Source: Eledone cirrhosa (lineage: Eukaryota). Taken from it: a stretch of DNA of 64,000 nt. Below are positions 31,423 through 44,200 of the stretch, piece after piece. Position 1 is the first letter of the stretch. Each line of letters begins with the position of its first letter. The stretch spans positions 332,940,001-333,004,000 of the forward strand of contig OZ024742.1 of assembly GCA_964016885.1 (NCBI GenBank). Direction: 5' to 3'. The notes under the pieces were generated by a model that was given only the letters and a program-made list of their open reading frames with translations, was not told where the DNA came from and searched no databases. Both the position numbers and the translations under genes were made by a program.

Positions 31423-34400
31423 ATGACCTCACTCAGAATAGGCAGCATAAATGCGCGTGGTTGGGGTCGTCATGGAAGCAGGGTCACCTGCTCAACGACC
31501 TCAGGTCACTAAACATAGATGTAGTGGCCATCAGCGAGACCAGAATCTCCGAAGCACGGGCCTTCGCACCGATCTTCGGCGGCTACGATGTGTACGCATC
31601 TCCCAGCCGTCCTGGATCGGGGGGAGGAGTTGCTGTGCTTTTTCGGAGAGGTTTGGATCTCGCCATACGGGCCATCTTCCTGGACCCAGAGGATAAGCTG
31701 GTGGTGCTGGACGTGACCAGCGGAGACGGGCAAGCTTTCAGGCTAGTGGCCGTCTATGCCCCGACAGGAGCAGGGCGGCCTGATTTCTTCCGGCGTCTGG
31801 AGACCTTTCTTGTAACGTCCCGCTCTTTAGTGTTAGTGGCCGACTGGAACGGGATCTTAGATGCACGCTGGGACTGTGTGGGATTAGCGGATAGGGATGG
31901 AGGGTGCAAGAGCCTCACCAACCTGCTCAGGCGTTTTGAACTGTCTGACAGGTACCGATTGGATTTCCCGAATGTGCCAATGTGGACTTGGACAAATCGT
32001 ATAGGGTCATCCAGATCATATCTAGATAGAGTATTTTGTAGGGAAATAGATAGGTCTAGCATAGGCTGTCCACAATTCAAGATAGTCAGCTACACGGACC
32101 ACAAATTCGTGATCTGTGTGCTTGACTTAGATAGGCTTCATAGACGAGGACCCGGCTACTGGAAGCTAAACGCGTCCTTACCAGCGCGCAAGGCCTACAG
32201 AGACCGGATTAGCGAACTAGTTAAGCGGGCATTGACGGGGGCCATCGTCAATAACAAGTGGTGGCTTGCTCTGAAAAGAGCGATTAGAATAGAATCGATT
32301 AGGTTTAGTAAGGCTTTAGCAATAGAGAAAAATAGAGCAGAGGGAGAACTAGTTAGAAAATTAGACGAGGCGCTTAGCAAAGGCATTGCGACCGACGTGC
32401 TTGCGGCGAAATTGGCCCTTGACCAATTCTTCAATGCAAAGCACGAAGGCTGCGTTGTCAGAGCTAGGGTGCGTGCTCTCAGACACGAGGGGACGAAAGC
32501 CGTTCAATGGGCCCGAGTGGCGGAGGCGCGTCGTGGAAACAAAGCCACGATCCGGTCTTTGGTGGACCACGACGGGCGCATGCTACTCGATCCCGGGCAA
32601 ATGTGTGAAGCTTTTCAGCGACACTTCGCTCAGCTGTTCGGGGGCAGCGGGGGGCCGGGTAGAGGGATGGACTTTAGTGTCTACCTCGACGGACTGCCGC
32701 GGCTCTCGGCCACTGAGGCGAAGTGTTGCGAAAAGCCGATAACAGCCGCTGAAGTAAGGGAGGCAATGACTGGCTGCACAAGGGGTAAATCGCCTGGTTT
32801 GGATGGTCTGCCCTATGAACTTTACGTACAGATGCCAGACTTGTTCGGAGGCCTCTTGGCGGACGTCTACTGCAACTGGCAACAGAACGGGAGAATTCCC
32901 AGTTCTGTGAGCCGAGGAGCGGTGGCACTGCTGAGAAAGGATCCGAACAAGGGGGATAACATAGACAATTTCCGGCCCATAACTCTGCTAAACACAGAGT
33001 TTAAGATTTTGGCCAAGGTGCTAGCAAAGAGGTTGGCGCTTGTCGTTGGTGGTCTGGTGGGAGAGGCGCAGACATGCGCCATTCCCGACAGATCCATCCA
33101 CGACAACCTCCACCTCATGCGATACATCGTAGAGAGGGTAGCTAGGGAACCTGGCACGGGTGGGTCCTTGATCAATTTAGATCAGTCGAAAGCTTTCGAT
33201 AGGGTCGACCATCGTTACCTAGCGGCAGTCCTGAGGGCGGCTGGCTTTGGGCCCGTCTTCAGAGGCTGGATCGCTGCCATGCACAGCGACATCTGCTCTG
33301 TGGTGAGAGTGAACGGTCACCTGTCGGAACCGTTCAACATCATGCGCTCGGTCCGCCAAGGATGTCCCCTCTCGTCCCTCTTGTACGTATTGACTCTCGA
33401 GCCATTACTGCACAAACTGGAGACGTTGAGGGGGGTCCCGCGCGAACTAGGATGCGGAAGATCCGTATCAGCATATGCGGACGATGTCACCGTAGTGGTG
33501 TCGAACGCCAAACACATCGAGGCGATCGGCACTACGCTAAGAGAATACGAAGCGGTGACAGGAGCAATGATCAACCAGGAAAAGTCAGTGGGCCTGCAGC
33601 TCGGCACCTGGAGAGGCAGGTCCATGCCGTCCAACAGCGTCGTCGGACGCTGGACGGACGGACCGGTTAAATTGCTAGGGGTCTGGTTCGGTCCGGACCT
33701 CCAGACGGACAAAAACTGGGACGAGGTGACGAGCAGGGTGGCTTCTCTCACCCAGAAATGGGCCGAGAGGAAGCTATCCCTGAAAGGTCGAGCGGAGGTG
33801 GCTAACGCGTACATCGCGTCCGTCATCTGCTACCGCCTGACCGTCGTACCTTGTCCTAAGCCTCGCCTGACTGTGCTGGAGCGTTTGCTCTTTCGCTTTT
33901 TGTGGAAGGGACGCGCTCCGATGGTCAGGCGGTCCATCTGTTGTCAACACCCGCTACGTGGAGGGCTGGGCATGCCGTGGCTGATGATGCGCAGGCACGC
34001 GCTCAGGCTACGACATCTCCACCTCTTCCTCGACGGTGATCAGGTGTGGTCGCCGTTTGCTAGACGCGTGTTTCCCCAGCTCGTTTCCTTGACGGAGCTG
34101 CAGTCCTGGGTCAAGCGAAGACCGAGAGGGAGCGCCTGGAGACTGGAATGTCTTCAGGCGCTCACAGCCCTCGACCAATCGGGCAATGTGATCGGTGGAA
34201 ACTCCACCTCGGCGTTCTATAGAGGATTAGTGGAGGGGAAGAGCGACGACGTACTTGGGGAAACTCTAGGCGTCGACGAAAATCAACTAGCCAATCTCTT
34301 CGGAAGAACTTTCGGGCCAGGGCCTATGGACAACTTCCAGAAATCTCTGGCCTGGCAGTGCTACCGAGGAGCCTTGCCAGTTCGGGATAAACTCTACAGG

Positions 34401-34841
34401 CATGGAGGTGCCGTCAGCCGGGCATGTCCGAGATGCGCGCAGGGCGACGAAACCGTCCTGCACGCACTCGTCCAGTGTCCGAAAATTGCTGACTTGTGGG
34501 TTTATGTCGAACACCTGCTGTCGCGTTTAGGACGGATCCAGCTATCATCTGAGTCTATCGTGAGGATTGCCCCGCCCTCCTCCTTTAGCCGGGAAGGGCA
34601 GGCAGTTTTTATCTGTCTGGTGGCCATGGCGAAAGAGATAGTATGGTGGACACGTTTGAAAGGGCTGAAGACGAGCACTTACCCCTTCAGTGATGCTCTG
34701 ATTGACTTTTTCAAATTTCATTTGAAAAGGAAAATCAGAGTAGAGAAGGAAGAGCTCTCTTCCCAGCATTTTGTTGAAAGATGGGTGAGAGAAGCAAGAA
34801 TGGCCCGAGTGAATGGGCCGACTCTGAGTATATATCTGTAA
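31423..34841 (+). CDS. ORF2 of A1: apurinic-like endonuclease + reverse transcriptase + C-terminal CCHC
   Basis: 1126-aa open frame from 31461 with APE motifs (ISET, VYAP, DWN, SYLDRV, TDHK), RT motifs (KSPGLDG, FRPITLLN, LDQSKAFDRV, QGCPLS, YADD) and CPRC..ETVLHALVQC. The ATG at 31423 (MTSLRIGSINARG) is one nt out of frame with the rest. Confidence 0.9.
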
Positions 34842-35101
34842 ACTAAAGGTGGAAAACTGGGAGAGAGTACTTGCCTTGGTGGTCAGGGTCATTGTGGCTT
34901 TTTACTGGGCTTTCTCCACAAATGTCCCTCCGAAGTCTCCCCCCTATTGGGGAATTTTTCATTGTTATTTTCATTGTTATTTTTGTTACATCCTCTGTTT
35001 TTGTTTTTTTACACGCAGAAATGCCCATTTGTACCGTCCTGCATTGTCCTGCACTGTCCTTAATGTCTACTTTATGTAAACCCTTGTGGTTAATAAAGAA
35101 A

Positions 35102-35132
<31 letters not shown>

Positions 35133-35367
35133 AATTATTATTATTATTATTGAATGCTATGGTTGACGGAGGCTCGGCTCTGTAAGGTATTGTAAATTTT
35201 GAACGCTATAACAATGGTAAATTGTTTAAAACTTTAACCAACTTGTAGACAAAAACACCCTCCTCCTCGTGATAGGGGTCTTTCTGACCGTTATTTGGCC
35301 CTTAGGGATTAAATAACTGCTTATTGGGGTTCTGTGCACAATATTTATTTTAAACAAAAAAAACAAC

Positions 35368-37464
35368 ATGGCTACGAAAAAGAATTTTCATAGGTCACTC
35401 CCACTCATTCCGTCTTCTTCTTCCTCAATCGTCACTACAGCAGAGAGAAGATTGTCTCTCTCCCTCCCTTCTTTAAATGTGTCTCTCTCCCTCCCTTCTC
35501 TTTCGCAAGCGACGACAGAAAAGAAAAGTCTCGTGCAAAGCGTGCAAGATTTCTCCACGACGACGACGACAACGACGAAACAGGTGTGCGGGAAATACGA
35601 AAACCCATTTCATTCGTCTGACGTCAGGAATAATAGCAGTAGCAGCCGTAATAACAACAGCAACAGTGACAATGAAAACAACAGTAGCAGCCGCAACAGC
35701 ATCAGCAGCAGCATAAACAACAAGAGCATTAGCAGCAGCAACAACAACAACAACCACAGCAACAGCGGCAGTAGTCGTAGTACCTGCAGCAACAACAAAA
35801 GTAACAGCAGCTCTGACGACAACAACAACAACAGCAGCAATTAAAAACCAATCTCGTTTGCAGGTATCGCGAAGAATCTGGAAACAATCCTCATAACAAA
35901 TGAGGAATTAGAGGAAACGAAGAAGATGGTGACAAAGACTGGACACCGAGCAATCTGCAAGGCAGCGGAAAATTTTTTCGAAAACCAACAGCACTGTACG
36001 GTCACGTACCGTACAGTAAGTACAAAATCCCGTAGGGTTGAAAGAGCCACAGAGTCTCAAATACAAAAAGCCTTGGGGTCTGTGTGGCAGCGGAAAACGC
36101 ACATCACCCGAGGAAAAAAATATGCCACTGTAGACGTACTTTTTGCCACACCCCAGGAGGCAAAGGCTCAATCTGTAGTGACCCTAAGGAGCGAGGAAAT
36201 GGTGTTGGTGCCCTCCTACTGCGGGCAAAAAATTGTGAGGGTCAAACTGACCCACGTCCCCCCCCCCCGGGATGGCCGCTTCTTGGCTGGCCGCGTCTGT
36301 CCTCGTCGGAATCGAGGACAAAACAACTGTACTGCAAGTACAGAAAAAAGTAAGAGAAGATTGGGTCGGCACCTCCATTAAGATACTAATCCAAACCAAC
36401 CAGGAGTGCATCGAAGCTATCCCGGATGTGATAGACTTCGATAACGGCACTCAACTGCCCATAAGTGTTGAGGGCAAACGCCCGAAATGCTTTCGCTGTG
36501 GATCGAAGACTCACCTCAGGGCCTTCTGCAACGAGAAGACCCTGAGAAAGGAGAAACCCCCCCTCCTTCCGTAACCGGCTCCACGGCTACGAGCAACAGG
36601 ACAAGCGGCAACGAGGAACGATAGGTCCGTGGCACCCATACCCACGTCACGGAGATCAAAAACAGCAGCAGCAGTGGAAATATTAACAACAACAACAGCA
36701 ATACCAAATGCAGCTGCAACAGAGACTCCAGTGCAAACATCACCAACAACAACAAGTGAAAGAGTGGAGCTGGTACCCCTCCCCGACCTCACAGAATCAG
36801 ACATGGAGTGTGAGGTGGGAGAGAGATAGCAAAAGGTCGTAAGAAGGCACAAACGCAGAAGCAGCGCATCGTCGCCTTTGAAAAGGGAGGAAAAAATGAG
36901 AAAATGGTAAAGTCTACTGCAAAGAGACCCACAGCAGCAACACCACCAACACCATCACCACCCACACTAGCACCACCATCACCACCGGCGACAACCCCAC
37001 CGCCAACAACACCTTCAACACCACCACCACAAGCACCAACATCGCAAACACAACAAAACACACACACCCAGCAACAACGACAAGAAAATAGCAGAACCAC
37101 ACCCCACCCCCAGAAAAACAAATGCACGGCAATAAATACACACAACAAGAAACTAATGACTTACATAAATGAACACACAGACATTTCACAACACGACTAC
37201 ATAATACCAGCACCATTCAAAACGCCAACTAACATAAGACTGCTAAAAATAGCACAGAAACAATACACAAACATTAAAACGAAATTCCCCAACGCAGTTG
37301 GTGATTTCAGGGACCTAGGAGGAACTATCAATCGAAGAGTATATTCAGACATTCTCTTAGAAGAGCCGACGACCAGCCGAAGGGACGATTCAACGGTCCC
37401 TTCACCAGACGAACAAGTGAAAAGGGATGTAAAAACCATCCCTCCTCTACCAAAAGTACGGTAA
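35368..37464 (+). pseudogene. ORF1 of A2, disrupted
   Basis: Same fragments and stops as A1 ORF1. The C-run is one base shorter. Confidence 0.85.
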
Positions 37465-37499
37465 GTGGTCTTTCCAATCTTTTCCACTCTATTTTAAAC

Positions 37500-40400
37500 A
37501 TGACCTCACTCAGAATAGGCAGCATAAATGCGCGTGGTTGGGGTCGTCATGGAAGCAGGGTCACCTGCTCAACGACCTCAGGTCACTAAACATAGATGTA
37601 GTGGCCATCAGCGAGACCAGAATCTCCGAAGCACGGGCCTTCGCACCGATCTTCGGCGGCTACGATGTGTACGCATCTCCCAGCCGTCCTGGATCGGGGG
37701 GAGGAGTTGCTGTGCTTTTTCGGAGAGGTTTGGATCTCGCCATACGGGCCATCTTCCTGGACCCAGAGGATAAGCTGGTGGTGCTGGACGTGACCAGCGG
37801 AGACGGGCAAGCTTTCAGGCTAGTGGCCGTCTATGCCCCGACAGGAGCAGGGCGGCCTGATTTCTTCCGGCGTCTGGAGACCTTTCTTGTAACGTCCCGC
37901 TCTTTAGTGTTAGTGGCCGACTGGAACGGGATCTTAGATGCACGCTGGGACTGTGTGGGATTAGCGGATAGGGATGGAGGGTGCAAGAGCCTCACCAACC
38001 TGCTCAGGCGTTTTGAACTGTCTGACAGGTACCGATTGGATTTCCCGAATGTGCCAATGTGGACTTGGACAAATCGTATAGGGTCATCCAGATCATATCT
38101 AGATAGAGTATTTTGTAGGGAAATAGATAGGTCTAGCATAGGCTGTCCACAATTCAAGATAGTCAGCTACACGGACCACAAATTCGTGATCTGTGTGCTT
38201 GACTTAGATAGGCTTCATAGACGAGGACCCGGCTACTGGAAGCTAAACGCGTCCTTACCAGCGCGCAAGGCCTACAGAGACCGGATTAGCGAACTAGTTA
38301 AGCGGGCATTGACGGGGGCCATCGTCAATAACAAGTGGTGGCTTGCTCTGAAAAGAGCGATTAGAATAGAATCGATTAGGTTTAGTAAGGCTTTAGCAAT
38401 AGAGAAAAATAGAGCAGAGGGAGAACTAGTTAGAAAATTAGACGAGGCGCTTAGCAAAGGCATTGCGACCGACGTGCTTGCGGCGAAATTGGCCCTTGAC
38501 CAATTCTTCAATGCAAAGCACGAAGGCTGCGTTGTCAGAGCTAGGGTGCGTGCTCTCAGACACGAGGGGACGAAAGCCGTTCAATGGGCCCGAGTGGCGG
38601 AGGCGCGTCGTGGAAACAAAGCCACGATCCGGTCTTTGGTGGACCACGACGGGCGCATGCTACTCGATCCCGGGCAAATGTGTGAAGCTTTTCAGCGACA
38701 CTTCGCTCAGCTGTTCGGGGGCAGCGGGGGGCCGGGTAGAGGGATGGACTTTAGTGTCTACCTCGACGGACTGCCGCGGCTCTCGGCCACTGAGGCGAAG
38801 TGTTGCGAAAAGCCGATAACAGCCGCTGAAGTAAGGGAGGCAATGACTGGCTGCACAAGGGGTAAATCGCCTGGTTTGGATGGTCTGCCCTATGAACTTT
38901 ACGTACAGATGCCAGACTTGTTCGGAGGCCTCTTGGCGGACGTCTACTGCAACTGGCAACAGAACGGGAGAATTCCCAGTTCTGTGAGCCGAGGAGCGGT
39001 GGCACTGCTGAGAAAGGATCCGAACAAGGGGGATAACATAGACAATTTCCGGCCCATAACTCTGCTAAACACAGAGTTTAAGATTTTGGCCAAGGTGCTA
39101 GCAAAGAGGTTGGCGCTTGTCGTTGGTGGTCTGGTGGGAGAGGCGCAGACATGCGCCATTCCCGACAGATCCATCCACGACAACCTCCACCTCATGCGAT
39201 ACATCGTAGAGAGGGTAGCTAGGGAACCTGGCACGGGTGGGTCCTTGATCAATTTAGATCAGTCGAAAGCTTTCGATAGGGTCGACCATCGTTACCTAGC
39301 GGCAGTCCTGAGGGCGGCTGGCTTTGGGCCCGTCTTCAGAGGCTGGATCGCTGCCATGCACAGCGACATCTGCTCTGTGGTGAGAGTGAACGGTCACCTG
39401 TCGGAACCGTTCAACATCATGCGCTCGGTCCGCCAAGGATGTCCCCTCTCGTCCCTCTTGTACGTATTGACTCTCGAGCCATTACTGCACAAACTGGAGA
39501 CGTTGAGGGGGGTCCCGCGCGAACTAGGATGCGGAAGATCCGTATCAGCATATGCGGACGATGTCACCGTAGTGGTGTCGAACGCCAAACACATCGAGGC
39601 GATCGGCACTACGCTAAGAGAATACGAAGCGGTGACAGGAGCAATGATCAACCAGGAAAAGTCAGTGGGCCTGCAGCTCGGCACCTGGAGAGGCAGGTCC
39701 ATGCCGTCCAACAGCGTCGTCGGACGCTGGACGGACGGACCGGTTAAATTGCTAGGGGTCTGGTTCGGTCCGGACCTCCAGACGGACAAAAACTGGGACG
39801 AGGTGACGAGCAGGGTGGCTTCTCTCACCCAGAAATGGGCCGAGAGGAAGCTATCCCTGAAAGGTCGAGCGGAGGTGGCTAACGCGTACATCGCGTCCGT
39901 CATCTGCTACCGCCTGACCGTCGTACCTTGTCCTAAGCCTCGCCTGACTGTGCTGGAGCGTTTGCTCTTTCGCTTTTTGTGGAAGGGACGCGCTCCGATG
40001 GTCAGGCGGTCCATCTGTTGTCAACACCCGCTACGTGGAGGGCTGGGCATGCCGTGGCTGATGATGCGCAGGCACGCGCTCAGGCTACGACATCTCCACC
40101 TCTTCCTCGACGGTGATCAGGTGTGGTCGCCGTTTGCTAGACGCGTGTTTCCCCAGCTCGTTTCCTTGACGGAGCTGCAGTCCTGGGTCAAGCGAAGACC
40201 GAGAGGGAGCGCCTGGAGACTGGAATGTCTTCAGGCGCTCACAGCCCTCGACCAATCGGGCAATGTGATCGGTGGAAACTCCACCTCGGCGTTCTATAGA
40301 GGATTAGTGGAGGGGAAGAGCGACGACGTACTTGGGGAAACTCTAGGCGTCGACGAAAATCAACTAGCCAATCTCTTCGGAAGAACTTTCGGGCCAGGGC

Positions 40401-40918
40401 CTATGGACAACTTCCAGAAATCTCTGGCCTGGCAGTGCTACCGAGGAGCCTTGCCAGTTCGGGATAAACTCTACAGGCATGGAGGTGCCGTCAGCCGGGC
40501 ATGTCCGAGATGCGCGCAGGGCGACGAAACCGTCCTGCACGCACTCGTCCAGTGTCCGAAAATTGCTGACTTGTGGGTTTATGTCGAACACCTGCTGTCG
40601 CGTTTAGGACGGATCCAGCTATCATCTGAGTCTATCGTGAGGATTGCCCCGCCCTCCTCCTTTAGCCGGGAAGGGCAGGCAGTTTTTATCTGTCTGGTGG
40701 CCATGGCGAAAGAGATAGTATGGTGGACACGTTTGAAAGGGCTGAAGACGAGCACTTACCCCTTCAGTGATGCTCTGATTGACTTTTTCAAATTTCATTT
40801 GAAAAGGAAAATCAGAGTAGAGAAGGAAGAGCTCTCTTCCCAGCATTTTGTTGAAAGATGGGTGAGAGAAGCAAGAATGGCCCGAGTGAATGGGCCGACT
40901 CTGAGTATATATCTGTAA
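37500..40918 (+). CDS. ORF2 of A2 (APE-RT-CCHC)
   Basis: 1126-aa frame 37538-40918 identical to A1. Upstream ATG at 37500 is one nt out of frame. Confidence 0.9.
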
Positions 40919-41178
40919 ACTAAAGGTGGAAAACTGGGAGAGAGTACTTGCCTTGGTGGTCAGGGTCATTGTGGCTTTTTACTGGGCTTTCTCCACAAAT
41001 GTCCCTCCGAAGTCTCCCCCCTATTGGGGAATTTTTCATTGTTATTTTCATTGTTATTTTTGTTACATCCTCTGTTTTTGTTTTTTTACACGCAGAAATG
41101 CCCATTTGTACCGTCCTGCATTGTCCTGCACTGTCCTTAATGTCTACTTTATGTAAACCCTTGTGGTTAATAAAGAAA

Positions 41179-41225
<47 letters not shown>

Positions 41226-44200
41226 GAATGCTTTGGTTGACGGAGGCTCGGCTCTGTAAGGTATTGTAAATTTTGAACGCGATAACAATTGTAAATTGTT
41301 TAAAACTTTAACCAACTTGTAGACAAAAACATCCTCCTCCTCGTGAGAGGGGTCTTTCTGCCCGTTATTTGGCCCTTCGGGATTAAATAACTGCTTATTG
41401 GGGTTCTGTGCCCAATATTTATTTTAAACAAAAAAAAACAACATGGCTACGAAAAAGAATTTTCATAGGTTACTCCCACTCATTCCGTCTTCTTCTTCGT
41501 CAATCGTCACTACAGCAGAGAGAAGATTGTCTCTCTCCCTCCCTTCTTTAAATGTGTCTCTCTCCCTCCCTTCTCTTTCGCAAGCGACGACAGAAAAGAA
41601 ATGTCTCGTGCAAAGCGTGCAAGATTTCTCCACGACGACGACGACAACGACGAAACAGGTGTGCGGGAAATACGAAAACCCATTTCATTCGTCTGACGTC
41701 AGGAATAATAGCAGTAGCAGCCGTAATAACAACAGCAACAGTGACAATGAAAACAACAGTAGCAACCGCAACAGCTTCAGCAGCAGCATAAACAACAAGA
41801 GCATTAGCAGCAGCAACAACAACAACAACCACAGCAACAGCGGCGGCGGCAGTAGTCGTAGTACCTGCAGCAACAACAAAAGTAACAGCAGCTCTGACGA
41901 CAACAACAACAACAACAACAGCAGCAATGAAAAACCAATCTCGTTTGCAGGTATCGCGAAGAACCTGGAAACAATCCTCATAACAAATGAGGAATTAGAG
42001 GAAGCGAAGAAGAAGGTGACAAAGACTGGACACCGTGCAATCTGCAAGGCAGCGGAAAAATGTTTCGAAACCCAACAGCACTGTACGGTCACGTACCGTA
42101 CAGTAAGTACAAAATCCCGTAGGGTTGAAAGAGCCACAGAGGCTCAAATACAAAAAGCCTTAGGGTCTCTGTAGCAGCGGAAAACGCACATCACCCGAGG
42201 CAAGAAATATGCCACCGTAGACGTACTTTTTGCCACACCCCAGGAGGCAAAGGCTCAATCAGTAGTGACCCTAAGGAGCGAGGAAATGGTGTTGGTGCCC
42301 TCCTACTGCGGGCAAAAAATTGTGAGGGTCAAACTGACCTACGTCCCTCCCGGGATGGCCCCTTCTTGGCTGGCCGCGTCTGTCCTCGTCGGAATCGAGG
42401 ACAAAACAACTGTACTGCAAGTACAGAAAAAAGTAAGAGAAGATTGGGTCGGCACCTCCATTGAGATGTTAATACAAACCAACCAGGAGTGCATCGAAGC
42501 TATGCTGGATAGGATAGATTTCGATAACGGCACTCAACTGCCCATAAGTGTTGAGGGCAAACGCCCGAAATGCTTTCGCTGTGGATCGAAGACTCACCTC
42601 AGGGCCTTCTGCAACGAGAAGACCCTGAGAAATGAGAAAACCCCCTCCTTCCGAAACCCGCTGCACGGCTACCATCAACAGGACAAGCGGCAACCAGGAA
42701 CGATAGGTCCGTGGCACCCATACCCACGCCACGGAAATCAAAAACAGCAGCAGCAGTGGAAGTATTAACAACAACAACAGCAATACCAAATGCAGCTGCA
42801 ACAGAGACTCCAGTGCAAACATCACCAACAACAACAAGTGAAAGAGTGGAGCTGGTACCCCTCCCCGACCTCACAAAATCAGACATGAAGTGTGAGGTGG
42901 GAGAGGGATGGCAAAAGGCCGTAAGAAGGCACAAACGCAGAAGCAGCGCATCGTCGCCTTTGAAAAGGGAGGAAAGAAATGAAAAATGGCTAAAGTCTAC
43001 TGTAAAGAGACTCACAGCAGCAACACCACCAACACCATCACCACCCACACTAGCACCACCATCACCACCGGCGACAACCCCACCGCCAACAACAACAACA
43101 CCTTCAACACCACCACCACAAGCACCAATATCGCAAACACAACAACAAAACACACACACCCAGCAACAACGACAAGAAAATAGCAGAACCACACCCCACC
43201 CCCAGAAAAACAAATGCACACCAATAAATACACACAACAAGAAACTAATGACTTACATAATTGAACACACAGACATTTCACAACACGACTACATAGGCCT
43301 ACAGAGACCGGATTAGCGAACTAGTTAAGCGGGCGTTGACAGGGGCCATCGTCAACAACAAGTGGTGGTTTGCTCTGAAAAGAGCGATTAGAATAGAATC
43401 CATTAGGTTTAGTAAGGCTTTAGTAATAGAGAAAAATAGAGCAGAGGGAGAACTAGTTATAAAATAAGACGAGGCGCTTAGCAAAGGCATTGCGACCGAC
43501 GTGCTTGCGGCGAAATTGGCCCTTGACCAATTCTTCAATGCAAAGCACGAAGGCTGCGTTGTCAAAGCTAGGGTTCGTGCTCTCAGACACGAGGGAACGA
43601 AAGCCGTTCAATGGGCCCGAGTGGCGGAGGCGCGTCGTGGTAACAAAGCCACGATCCGGTCTTTGGTGGACCACGACGGGCGCATGCTACTCGATCCCGG
43701 GAAAATGTGTGAAGCTTTTCAGCGACACTTCACTCAGCTGTTCGGGGGCAGCGGTGGACCGGGTCGAGGGATGGACGTTAGTGTCTACCTCGACGGACTG
43801 CCGCGGCTCTCGGCCACTGAGGCGGTGTGTTGCGAAAAGCCGATAACAGCCGCTGAAGTTAGGGAAGCAATGACTGGCTGCACAAGGGGTAAATTGCCTG
43901 GTTTGGATGGTCTGCTCTATGAACTTTACGTACAGATGCCAGACTTGTTCGGAGGCCTCTTGGCGGACGTCTACTGCAACTGGCAACAGAACGGGAGAAT
44001 TCCCAGTTCTGTGAGCCGAGGAGCGGTGGCACTGCTGAGAAAGGATCCGAACAAGGGGGATAACATAGATAATTTCAGGCCCATAACTCTGCTAAACACA
44101 GAGTTCAAGATTTGGGTCCAGGTGCTAGCAAAGAGGTTGGCGCTTGTCGTTGGTGGTCTGGTGGGAGAGGCACAGACATGCGCGATTCCCGACAGATCCA

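Larger units (their letters stand above)
29074..35103 (+). mobile_element. Full-length Tx1/L1-clade non-LTR retrotransposon, subfamily A, copy A1
   Basis: Starts GAATGCTATGG directly after (ATT)n. 216-bp 5' UTR, disrupted ORF1, long APE-RT-zinc-knuckle ORF2, 3' UTR ending AATAAAGAAATC followed by (ATT)n. Confidence 0.93.
35152..41180 (+). mobile_element. Full-length Tx1/L1-clade LINE, copy A2 (near-identical to A1)
   Basis: Same termini as A1 at offset 6078/6077. ORF2 translation identical in the ORF track. Same ORF1 lesions. Confidence 0.93.

Noticed and set aside
31509-34892. Antisense and alternative-frame ORFs inside ORF2 (repeated in A2, A3, B)
   Set aside because: Shadow ORFs of GC-rich coding sequence with no motifs. 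Recurrence follows from copy identity.
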